DNA from: a virus
Virus record (IMG/VR): IMGVR_UViG_3300045988_039227
Coordinates: 1 to 64,000 of that record
Strand: one strand, 5' to 3'
DNA: 64,000 bases
The notes under the pieces were generated by a model. The model was given only the letters and a program-made list of their open reading frames with translations. It was not told where the DNA came from and did not search any database. Both the position numbers and the translations under genes were made by a program. Each line of letters starts with the position of its first letter. The first letter of the stretch is position 1. Of this stretch, positions 8,728-17,502 are shown one piece after another.

Positions 8728-9222
8728 ATTCCTATATATTTTTAGCCATGTTTTAAGCGCTCTGAGGCAGAGTATGTCACCAAGTGGAGTAATTAACCAC
8801 GAGTGTCGCAAAAATGTCTTAGAGCGCACCTGAAACGGCTTAAACCGAATGTTCTGACTGATCATCGGAACATTTACAAGAATGTACAGTGTGTATGAAA
8901 TAATCTGTTTGGACAGGGGTTCGACTCCCCTCACGTCCACGGTTCCTCCTCTACGCTATTGTGTAGACTCCCTTTGGGCAACCTAGGTATGTTGTAAAAC
9001 TACCTACACGGGCGTGTTTGGTTTTGACAGACAGAGGAGATAAATACATTAAGCACTATACTATAAATTAAACGACAATGTAAATAACATTGTAGACTAT
9101 ACTAACGTAGCGTAAGTTTAGTCTAGGTGTTTCCTACCAAAGTGGAGAGAAGAAAGAAGTTGGTACCGTCGCCTTTTTGGTTTGGGTCTGGGGTTCGATT
9201 CCCCAGCTTCTTCCTATTAGTT

Positions 9223-9744
9223 ATGACAAAGGGATATAAAGCGATGATAAAGGACAGGTGTCCTTATGTCGTCAACCTCGCATTTAAATGGTGTACAGAG
9301 TTTGGTAGATTATCTAATATAGGTAAGGAGCCACATGAAAGAATTAAGTATGCTGTAAAAACGCGATGGATAGACCGTGTATACCAAGAAAACGTAGCAA
9401 TCTATAACACTGGAAGAGGAATACCTCGAACAGATGAAAAGAATGCATCGTTAAGAAAAGCACTTGGAATACATGAGGGGTCTCAAAATTTTAATTTTGC
9501 AGACTCTATAAACCTAGATTGTATCAACAAAACATTTAACTCTGGAGAACGAGCATTTTGGATATGGGTTAATAGCTGGGTAGTATGGTTTCAAGAGAAC
9601 TATAAGTACCTAGAAAACTATTATAACATATCATGTAAATGTGGTAATATGGTTTTATTTGATAATGCATTGTCAGAGAAAGCTAGTTTTCTAGATGAAT
9701 ATTTTGAAGATTTTTCTAGATTTATTAAGAAAACATTTAATTAA
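9223..9744 (+). CDS. hypothetical protein, 173 aa
   Basis: The ORF track entry 9127..9744 starts at a GTG inside the T-loop hairpin. The first ATG (9223, MTKGYKAMIK) is the more plausible start. Confidence 0.6.
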   Translation: MTKGYKAMIKDRCPYVVNLAFKWCTEFGRLSNIGKEPHERIKYAVKTRWIDRVYQENVAIYNTGRGIPRTDEKNASLRKALGIHEGSQNFNFADSINLDCINKTFNSGERAFWIWVNSWVVWFQENYKYLENYYNISCKCGNMVLFDNALSEKASFLDEYFEDFSRFIKKTFN

Positions 9745-9755
9745 ACAAAATAAAA

Positions 9756-10172
9756 ATGGAGTATTTCCCTAAAATGCTAATTTACAGAGCTAGTCTGTTA
9801 GGCTATAAGACTGAAAGTGTAGAAGATGTACTTAACTGGTTCCATAACAACCTTAAAAAAGGATTTGTCTATGATCCACACATATTCTGCGCTGGAGATA
9901 GCCTAGATGAAGATTGTTTGTACGAATACTGTTGTAATGAACATTTACGTAGAGTTGGTGATTGGATTATGAAAACGATGATCCTAAGCAGTCCTATGAA
10001 GTTCAAGACACTTACAACTCGTATGCGTATAGGTTCAGGACTACTTGAAAAAGTAGAAATGAAGACAGGAGGAAAAGATCTTAAGATCATCCTCTTTAAC
10101 AATTTTCTCAACAACGTTTGGTCATTGTATCGTCAAAAGATGATATATGATCTCCCGTTTTATCAGGAGTAG
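9756..10172 (+). CDS. hypothetical protein, 138 aa
   Basis: ORF track. TAG stop at 10170-10172. Confidence 0.6.
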   Translation: MEYFPKMLIYRASLLGYKTESVEDVLNWFHNNLKKGFVYDPHIFCAGDSLDEDCLYEYCCNEHLRRVGDWIMKTMILSSPMKFKTLTTRMRIGSGLLEKVEMKTGGKDLKIILFNNFLNNVWSLYRQKMIYDLPFYQE

Positions 10173-10201
10173 GGTGAGAGAGATCTCCCCTACCCCACAA
10201 T

Positions 10202-10759
10202 ATGGAGTATCAGCGTATCACTCAATCTGAGATTGAGACCATAAAAGAAGCTCAAAAGGGAAATGAGCTTGCGTTTAATAAATTGTTTAACCGTTACAAA
10301 GAGTTTATTGACAACGTACTCTTTTGTTACGTGAATGACATGGATGAAGCTAAGGATCTTACAAATGTTGTATTTCTTAAGGTTCACCAAAAACTCTCGA
10401 CATTCACAGATTATTCGTCTTTTGGCGGATGGCTGAGAATTATAGCTAATCGAACAGCTATAGATTATCTACGAAAAGTAAAGGAAAAATCAATGGAATT
10501 AGGAGAAGATTCAGGCCGACTACCTGTTGAATTAACTAATTCTTCAGAAGAAGAGGATCTTGTCAATCTTCTTGAGTACGAATCTCTTCTAAAGGAGTTT
10601 GAAAAGCTCCCAAAGAAGACACAGAAGATTTTTAATTTATTCTACGTAGAAGATCTTACAGTTGATGAAATTAGCAAAGTGCTAAAAATTCCTACAGGCA
10701 CTATAAAAGCTGCGTTAAGTCGCACTCGTAGGAAAATTAGAAATAACTTAAAAGTTTAA
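10202..10759 (+). CDS. ECF-type RNA polymerase sigma factor (sigma-70 regions 2 and 4), 185 aa
   Basis: Region 2-like: DEAKDLTNVVFLKVHQKLSTF...FGGWLRIIANRTAIDYLRK. Region 4 HTH-like: LPKKTQKIFNLFYVEDLTVDEISKVLKIPTGTIKAALSRTRRKIR. Confidence 0.85.
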   Translation: MEYQRITQSEIETIKEAQKGNELAFNKLFNRYKEFIDNVLFCYVNDMDEAKDLTNVVFLKVHQKLSTFTDYSSFGGWLRIIANRTAIDYLRKVKEKSMELGEDSGRLPVELTNSSEEEDLVNLLEYESLLKEFEKLPKKTQKIFNLFYVEDLTVDEISKVLKIPTGTIKAALSRTRRKIRNNLKV

Positions 10760-10764
10760 CAAAA

Positions 10765-11157
10765 ATGACTTCACTTTTATTATTGATTCTCTCGATTTTT
10801 GTAGCTCTTGGTTTCGCAAGATACAATAAGAGCAACAAGTTGTTCTGGATCATTCTCGTAAGTCTCTTGCTTGGTTTTACTGGTAAGAGTATGGTCAACT
10901 ATGCCTTTGTTGACCATAAAAGTGAAGCTAGTACAGTTAAAGCTACAGCTCCCATGCTGGCACCGACGTGCTCATTTCAGGCTTTGGAACCCTCAGAGGG
11001 CGCCGGTACATGTGCCGAGACAAAACCAGCAGGTAAGGACACAATTGTAGTTGACACTGTTACTATGCTTAACTTGGGTGAAGACGAGCATATTAATGTG
11101 CTCACTAAACCTCCACGAGATTGGTTAAAAACGAACTTCATATTCGACACAAGTTGA
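10765..11157 (+). CDS. two-TM membrane protein directly downstream of the sigma factor (anti-sigma role is speculative), 130 aa
   Basis: 5-nt gap after the sigma gene. N-terminal TM segments LLLLILSIFVALGFA and FWIILVSLLLGF. No anti-sigma motif was recognised. Confidence 0.55.
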   Translation: MTSLLLLILSIFVALGFARYNKSNKLFWIILVSLLLGFTGKSMVNYAFVDHKSEASTVKATAPMLAPTCSFQALEPSEGAGTCAETKPAGKDTIVVDTVTMLNLGEDEHINVLTKPPRDWLKTNFIFDTS

Positions 11158-11226
11158 ATTTAAGTTAGTTGCCCAGAAAAAAGTATTAATTAATTTTAGT
11201 AAATAACATTTAAAAACATTATCAAA

Positions 11227-12738
11227 ATGGCTAACAAAAAGAATAAGGGCAATGTAAGAGTTGCTCAGAATAATAACAATGGTGATAACGGTGCAAATGC
11301 AGCTGTTGATGCTGCAGCTATGCTCACAACAACAGGTGGATCAAGTATGGATCGTAATCACCAGGTAGACTTGTTGAGGATGGCTCATGATCGCTTCTTC
11401 TTGGATGAGAAGGCTGCTGAGCATACTGGTTTCCCACAGGGAACTATCGACAAGCTCAATCATATTAATGCCCTCGGTATCGCTGTATGCGTATGTAATG
11501 AGGTCAAGTATGGTACTAGTGACTTTGCGGTTGTAATCCGTAAGGCTGCTCTTCCAGAGCTTACTGAAGCCTTGAATGAGATCGGTGTAAAATTCGATGA
11601 CACAAAGCTTTTGCCTTCGAAAGACGATCCGAATGCAGTTGAGGTAACAGGTTCAGCTGTAGAGGTGTCAGAAGAGACTTCTAAGAAGCTCGAAGATGAC
11701 GCTAAGGCTCGCGCAGCTACAGCAGGTAAAGTTTTTGATCCTACAAAGATCAAGGACGAAAAAGAGCTTAAGGAGGCTTTGTCTGGTTTCTTGGCTATGA
11801 ATCGTGATTCTAAGCTGATGGATAGCATCATGCAGTGTGTAAACTTCTATAAGGCATATCGCTCTATTGTGGCTAAGCGCGCTATCGAGTCTGCCGAGAA
11901 GACACTTAAGGACACCAAGGACAAGGAGTATAAGGCTAACGCTGAGAAGGCTCTTGCTTCCGCAAAGAATGACCTTGAGCGCATCAAAGACATGAGTTTC
12001 CATGACACATTTCGCAAGATTGTTGAGCTTACGGGTCGTGTCGGAACACTTACTTATGGAATTGGTGCTCACTTCTTCAACGTTACCGCTACGTCAGGAT
12101 CTCCTGTATCTGCGTTCTGTGAGCTTCATGACCATTCTACTGACAAGAACACCGGCGTATGCAAGTATACCGATGATCAGATTGCAGACGCTGTAAAGTG
12201 CCTTGTAATCATTGGTGCAGACGAAGTTCGCTCAAAGGGAAAAGCTTTGCTTGAAGCAGAGAATAAGCTGCCAGAAAAGGATCGTGTTAAGGAGCATATC
12301 GATGCTGCTAACAAGAACATCGCATTCGCAGACAAGGCTACTGCAGCGGTTCTTGCAGCTCCAGGCGAGTTTGTCGAGAACTTGAAGAAGAACTTCTTGG
12401 AGGGTAACAACTTTGCAAAGAAGACTGTTATCGCCATTAAGCGTGCATACTATCGTGACGTTACTCCAGAGATGATGGCTAAAGTTAAGTCTGATTCAAT
12501 GCTTGATAACGCTACCCAGTATGCTGGTATCATCTCTAATATGTTCCGTAATCCTTCTGATCCGCTCGTAGGTTATGCCAAGGAAAATATCATCGACTTG
12601 GAATTCAAGTCCGATGAGGAGATCAAGGCTGAGGAAGAGGCTGTTGCCAAGGCTGCTAAGGAAGCAGCTGATAAGAAGGCAGCTGAGGATAAGAAGAAGG
12701 CAGCTAAGGGTAAAGCCAAGGCTCAGGTAAAAAAATAA
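11227..12738 (+). CDS. hypothetical protein with Lys/Ala/Glu-rich C-terminal tail, 503 aa
   Basis: ORF track. Has the strongest copy of the leader, TAACATTTAAAAACATTATCAAA-ATG. The tail is EEAVAKAAKEAADKKAAEDKKKAAKGKAKAQVKK. Confidence 0.8.
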   Translation: MANKKNKGNVRVAQNNNNGDNGANAAVDAAAMLTTTGGSSMDRNHQVDLLRMAHDRFFLDEKAAEHTGFPQGTIDKLNHINALGIAVCVCNEVKYGTSDFAVVIRKAALPELTEALNEIGVKFDDTKLLPSKDDPNAVEVTGSAVEVSEETSKKLEDDAKARAATAGKVFDPTKIKDEKELKEALSGFLAMNRDSKLMDSIMQCVNFYKAYRSIVAKRAIESAEKTLKDTKDKEYKANAEKALASAKNDLERIKDMSFHDTFRKIVELTGRVGTLTYGIGAHFFNVTATSGSPVSAFCELHDHSTDKNTGVCKYTDDQIADAVKCLVIIGADEVRSKGKALLEAENKLPEKDRVKEHIDAANKNIAFADKATAAVLAAPGEFVENLKKNFLEGNNFAKKTVIAIKRAYYRDVTPEMMAKVKSDSMLDNATQYAGIISNMFRNPSDPLVGYAKENIIDLEFKSDEEIKAEEEAVAKAAKEAADKKAAEDKKKAAKGKAKAQVKK

Positions 12739-12839
12739 TACGGCCAATTAAGAAAGCTAGTTCACAACTAGTTGGTCGTGTTAAGAAAGCCTTCGATATC
12801 CAGTGGCAAAGTGAACGCAAATAATTTAACTATCAAAGT

Positions 12840-13241
12840 ATGAAAAAATTAGTAATTACGTTGCTAGGAGCAGCATTTCTTACTATTGGCATGAATATTG
12901 CCGATCTTAAGAATGTTCCCCTTCCAACGACAGTGCAAACAGTAGCAGCATCTACTGTACAGCAACCAATGGATCATTTATTTGGTCAAGTGAATCGTGC
13001 TAATCCTGATACAGTGCATGATACCGTTAGGGTAGAAAAGCCTGTAGCTTGTAACCATAAACAGTCGCCTGTAAAGACGATTGTTAAACGCACCATAATT
13101 AAGAAGACAGATACGTCGTATGTACCACTTCTGTATATTATGGAACCTGGAGAAAAGGTCGACTCCACTAATCACAACTCTACCATTCGTAAGGGAGAGC
13201 TCCGTGATTATATTCAAATCGCCTCTAATGTATGCAAGTAA
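12840..13241 (+). CDS. secreted or signal-peptide protein, 133 aa
   Basis: N-terminus is MKKLVITLLGAAFLTIGMNIA. Confidence 0.6.
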   Translation: MKKLVITLLGAAFLTIGMNIADLKNVPLPTTVQTVAASTVQQPMDHLFGQVNRANPDTVHDTVRVEKPVACNHKQSPVKTIVKRTIIKKTDTSYVPLLYIMEPGEKVDSTNHNSTIRKGELRDYIQIASNVCK

Positions 13242-15367
13242 ACATAAGAACCCTGTATACCATAATTAGGTAAGTACATATAGTAGATCCCATTAGTCTA
13301 CGTACGAATATTAACTGGATCCGAGAATATGTTAACCCTGTCTTGCAGGGCGAGATCACTCAAAAGGTAGGATGAAATGTATCAAACATTGAAACAGTTT
13401 GATATAGGTAGGAGAAGCGTTGTATCAGCTCCTATAATTGCACAGCTGGACTTGTGAGAACCGTCTGGAGACAAGCTGGATGAGGCTGAATACACCTTAA
13501 AAAGATGTAGTGTAATTAAAAACGCATAAGTCCCAAGAAGGGCGTAATGAACCGTATCGTAATTATATGTGATAATACTAAGCATATACAAACGTTACAC
13601 GAGACGAACTATGTTGGTCCCCAGTAGGTGAACAGAATTGCATACATGGTATGGTGCATGGTGCTGGAAGAACCGAGGATACCCCAAACAACATAGAAGT
13701 ATTATTAGCCGTAGGTAGTGTTTCTAGTGTCCAAAGCTAGTATAAAGGCCGAAAAACTGCATCAATACTGTGGGAGTAATACCACACAGAGTAAACTAAA
13801 TGAGTTTGCTGACTATACCAAAACCTTACTGTTCGATTCAGTACAACTCCGTTGAAGGGGTGCCAGGGATGGGGTAGAAGTGTCTGATTGCGACCGCCAG
13901 GCTTTTCTTGTTTATGCGGTATATAAAAGTGAAACAAGCACAAGGGTTGGGCAGTCCCTTAATCGAAGCTCTACGGGAGTATCGTACGCGGGTGAAGATC
14001 GCGGTGAAAATCTATTCCAGTTATAATTAGGATGTTAGGCCATCCGAACTTATAGCCAATTTCCATGAAAATTAAATCGTTCATGAGATTATGATCGATG
14101 ACTCCGTTACAGTCAAAGAAAGTTGATGGAGAGCTATCCTAGAATAAGAAATAGCAAAAGCAGGTAGAAAGTTGATTCGAGATATATCCAGCCAGGATCG
14201 TTTGACCTCCACTTTCATCCAAAACGATTTAGACTAATAGTTTATTTGCACTATGATATACAATATTACATAGTCTCTACAGAGTAGTAAGCTGGTATAT
14301 TATGTATGCGTATGTTGTATGCAAGAGATATAAGCTATGAAAATCTAGAAAGTTTAAAAGATAACATGTTTAACAAAAATTGATGTCCCTTCATAGAGTG
14401 GATCTTACGTTGTAAGTAAGGGCTTGAGGTGAAGAAATCGAGTGCCAACCGATATGCCAACCATGCTAAAGTGTACTGCGCAACAGTATATGTAAACATA
14501 AAGGTTCGAAGCAATACAGGAAATTAATGGGCAGCTTATATTCTATGTTGTAAAACGACTGTGTATATTATATGTGTATACTGTCTCTATACATGTATAT
14601 TACGTTTATAAGTGGGTGACAAGATGAAATGTATGGGTTGAATTCCCAATATTCGTGCACTATAAATAGGAGGTAGTAATACCGGTACAGAAAAATTGCA
14701 AATATCAGCAAAGATACAAAAAGCCGTAAAGTCTGTGATGGGTTTGATCCTGAGACGTTCCGATAACCAACCGCTGGGTACATGCCATAAGCCGAGTACC
14801 GCAGTAAGGAGACCTAGCTGACAGTCGCTTCTAAGTTAGCAGTAGAGATCATCTGCTTTAATGACAATCGTGTAGGAATATCTTGTAAGTATAGTAAGGG
14901 AAATACGACCGAGATTCTACATATTTTCGTGGGTTATAAAGATTCTATGATTCTATGAGTGTTAGTTGCTCTGCAAAATTTCACCAACGAAGATTAGAAT
15001 AGTTAAGTTAGATAAAAACGTGAACAAAATAGCAGAAAACAGTTCAGCATTTGATTATGCAAAGAAAGCATTCAAAGCTTTAGACGATGGGCCTGGATAA
15101 TCCAGTAAATGTTAATTGCATCTTATGTATGTAATTCCTGTCACAAGCCTATTACCCTATTGTTGTAATAGGAAGAGTGTGACTAAGTCTATTAAAAGCG
15201 TCTACAATAGTAGAACTTTCTTTAGAAACTAAGTAAGCAAAAGCAGTAACCAAGTATCTTCGTATCAGCGTTGCTTTATTCAATAAACAACGGCAAAGGT
15301 GTAGCCAAAATACACCATATTTTTAAAATCATATCGTTAGTTAATCAATAACGATATCAAAAAGGAT
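13242..15367 (+). ncRNA. 2.1-kb ORF-free region, candidate large structured ncRNA(s) and/or replication/regulatory region
   Basis: There is no + strand ORF of 60 aa or more, and the three short - strand ORFs look spurious. Sampled local GC reaches about 45-53 percent. Hairpins include CCCTG-TCTTG-CAGGG (13335-13349) and GGTGAA repeats at 13990-14010. A perfect T arm TACTG-TTCGATT-CAGTA lies at 13826-13842. A conserved-loop hairpin lies at 15245-15275. Confidence 0.4.
15245..15275 (+). repeat. conserved-loop hairpin, copy 4
   Basis: Loop AAGTATCTTCGTATCA is closed by AGTAACC/GCGTTGCT: 7 bp with one G.T pair and one bulge. It lies about 100 nt upstream of ATG 15368. Confidence 0.55.
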
Positions 15368-15961
15368 ATGATTATGTCAGAAATTAATGTAAACATCGTG
15401 GAAACAACAATTAAGTCAAATCGTACCCCACTGAGTATTCTCGGTGGCAAAATGTTTGGTCAGGACGTATTTACTCCTCAGACCCGCTTCTTTAACCCAG
15501 ACCATGATAAGGTCTTGGAGCAGGCTAAGCAGAATTCTAACGTAGACCTTGTGCTCAATCGTTCTCCTCGCCGTTTCGCGATCGGTTATATCACGATCGA
15601 GTCTATGGCGACCAAGCAGAATGCAATCGGTGATGTCGTTTGCCGTCTTAATGAGGGCACAGACCATCAGATTGATATCCCTCTCGGTGAGAGTAGCACC
15701 AAGTTTGGTGAGACTACTGAAGAGGCAGTTCAGAAGGCTCTTAAGGACAAGAACTCTAAGGCAGTGTTCGCAGACCCTAAGGATCTGTGTGGTATCCTTA
15801 ATGACCTTAACCGCGGTGAGATCACTCGCCTTGACGGCATTATTGAGAAGGCTCAGAAGGCTAAGGCGCAGTGCTTGTCTGCCATCGCAGCAAATGAGAA
15901 GATCGTCGCTGATTATGAGCGCGAGAAGGCAGAGTCAAAACCAGCTGATCATATAGCATAA
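15368..15961 (+). CDS. hypothetical protein, 197 aa
   Basis: ORF track. Confidence 0.7.
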   Translation: MIMSEINVNIVETTIKSNRTPLSILGGKMFGQDVFTPQTRFFNPDHDKVLEQAKQNSNVDLVLNRSPRRFAIGYITIESMATKQNAIGDVVCRLNEGTDHQIDIPLGESSTKFGETTEEAVQKALKDKNSKAVFADPKDLCGILNDLNRGEITRLDGIIEKAQKAKAQCLSAIAANEKIVADYEREKAESKPADHIA

Positions 15962-15965
15962 ATTC

Positions 15966-16550
15966 ATGGAGGCTGTTTTAACAGAGAAGAGTGTTAAGCT
16001 TATTGCTGTAATGCTCTCCGAACCGAAGATTAAGGCAGCCGTTTATGAAAAGTTGGATCATACAGAGAAGTACAAAATCTACACCATTAACGATGATGGT
16101 AGTGTTACTCTCGGTTCAACCAGATTCCATTTTTGGAACAAGATAATCGGCTGCGAGCAAACCTTACCATTTGAGAGTTTCGCTCTCAAGGTATGGGATG
16201 CACTAGTGAGTCTTTCCACAGGGCTTAACCAAAAAGCTATTATGGAAGGACTATCACAAGAAATTGTGATGAAAGGAGTTAAAGACAAAAACTTTAACTG
16301 GGTTGTAGAACGACTGTATGATGTTGCGACAAAAGTATGTCAGAATTCTAGTATTGCTGATGGCGTAGGAGCGGACCCTGCGGGGTCCCGGGTGTTAGGG
16401 CCAAGGCTTAACGCTCAGCAAGACTATCCTGATAAAATTGTTATCAATATCAACGGTCGTAAAGAAATTTTTCAGGTGAAAGACTGTATAGGTAAACCAA
16501 TGATTGAGTTGGAGTACGGAATTGTAAACGCTAAACGAGTAATGCCATAA
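15966..16550 (+). CDS. hypothetical protein, 194 aa
   Basis: ORF track. Contains an internal UGCG-capped hairpin at 16373-16388. Confidence 0.7.
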   Translation: MEAVLTEKSVKLIAVMLSEPKIKAAVYEKLDHTEKYKIYTINDDGSVTLGSTRFHFWNKIIGCEQTLPFESFALKVWDALVSLSTGLNQKAIMEGLSQEIVMKGVKDKNFNWVVERLYDVATKVCQNSSIADGVGADPAGSRVLGPRLNAQQDYPDKIVININGRKEIFQVKDCIGKPMIELEYGIVNAKRVMP

Positions 16551-16828
16551 ACAGAAACATTCCTGCGGGAATGGTGTACGAACTGTGCGCAGAAGAGTAC
16601 ACATTCATGCATGCCGTTACCGTTATTGTTTACAAAAGAAGTGCAATAACAATATTATTAGTTTATATTAAAGGGCATCCTTAAAAGTTCTCTGCGGAGA
16701 GCAGGTAATCCGCCCTGCGGGGTAGGATTACCAATGGATACCCTTTTATCCTTTATTACAGTAATATGTAGTATAGGAGCTAGGTAAATGGCTGATTCAA
16801 GTAAATTGTTTAATTTTAATCAAACTAT
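16551..16828 (+). promoter_or_regulatory. structured intergenic region with three UGCG-capped hairpins
   Basis: The hairpins are CATTCC-TGCG-GGAATG (16558-16573), TCTC-TGCG-GAGA (16689-16700), and an 8-bp GGTAATCC/GGATTACC stem enclosing CCC-TGCG-GGG (16704-16732). Confidence 0.4.
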
Positions 16829-17377
16829 ATGAATAAGAAATCAATTAAATTGAACTCAGCAAACATCATTACAATTCGTAAGAACATTGATATTACTATC
16901 AATAAGTATTGGCGAATCATTCGAGCAGAGAACCTTATGTCTAAGAAGGCAATTGCAGCAAAGCAAGGTTCTGGCTTAGATCTCAAGAGCTTGTATAACC
17001 AGATTATGCAGCTTAGTGAGAAGCGTATTATGATTAAGGGTATTTTGGTAGCTCTTAATACAGGTACAACTACATTCTCTTATGAGGATTTTAAGAAGAC
17101 AAATAACTATAGTATTTTCGCAGCATGCGAGGCAAAAGAGGCAATAGCACAACTTAAGATGATCAAGACACTTGATCCATCAACTAAGGCAAAAAAGGGA
17201 TTGAAGGCTATGCCTAAGCGCGAGGTATTCTCATCAGCTAAGATTGCACAGCTTATTCATGAGCAGCAGCTACTAGCAAATAAGTTTGACGCTAATCTAG
17301 AGAAGTTTAATAATGAGACTTCTATTGAGATTAAGGATACTATTGCAGATAAGTTCGAGATGGATCTTGCAGCTTAA
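16829..17377 (+). CDS. hypothetical protein, 182 aa
   Basis: ORF track. Confidence 0.7.
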   Translation: MNKKSIKLNSANIITIRKNIDITINKYWRIIRAENLMSKKAIAAKQGSGLDLKSLYNQIMQLSEKRIMIKGILVALNTGTTTFSYEDFKKTNNYSIFAACEAKEAIAQLKMIKTLDPSTKAKKGLKAMPKREVFSSAKIAQLIHEQQLLANKFDANLEKFNNETSIEIKDTIADKFEMDLAA

Positions 17378-17502
17378 ATGCTATAGGTTCGAGACAAATA
17401 TAAGGGTCGCCGAAAGGAGTAAGATCGAGGCTTACACGAACCACAAATAAGGAATCCCTTGCCTTAAAAATAACATTATTAACACATTAAATTATCAAAA
17501 TT

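Larger units (their letters stand above)
8424..9222 (+). ncRNA. ORF-free structured island (candidate ncRNA or ncRNAs) with two T-loop hairpins
   Basis: There is no credible ORF on either strand. It contains three conserved-loop hairpins and a GTATC-N3-GTATC repeat at 8620-8632. It also has T-loop hairpins GGAC-AGGGGTTCGACTCCCCT-CAC-GTCC (8911-8938) and TGGGGTTCGATTCCCCA (9189-9205), and a long-range complement CTCCTCT (8946-8952) / AGAGGAG (9033-9039). Confidence 0.4.

Noticed and set aside
14941-14956. The tandem direct repeat GATTCTAT x2 and other short AT-rich repeats at 14.2-14.65 kb, considered as a possible iteron-type origin.
   Set aside because: There are only two short copies and no clear array of spaced iterons or a DnaA-box-like motif. 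This is kept only as a remark inside the 2.1-kb region finding.
13242-15367. Group II or group I intron, RNase P, or a CRISPR array as the explanation for the 2.1-kb ORF-free region.
   Set aside because: I found no domain V-like GAGCCGTAT...GNRA...ACGGTTC hairpin, no group I GATATAGTC-type core and no RNase P GAGGAAAGTCC. There are no regularly spaced direct repeats, no RT/maturase ORF and no interrupted host gene. This was an eye search only, so cmsearch is still needed.
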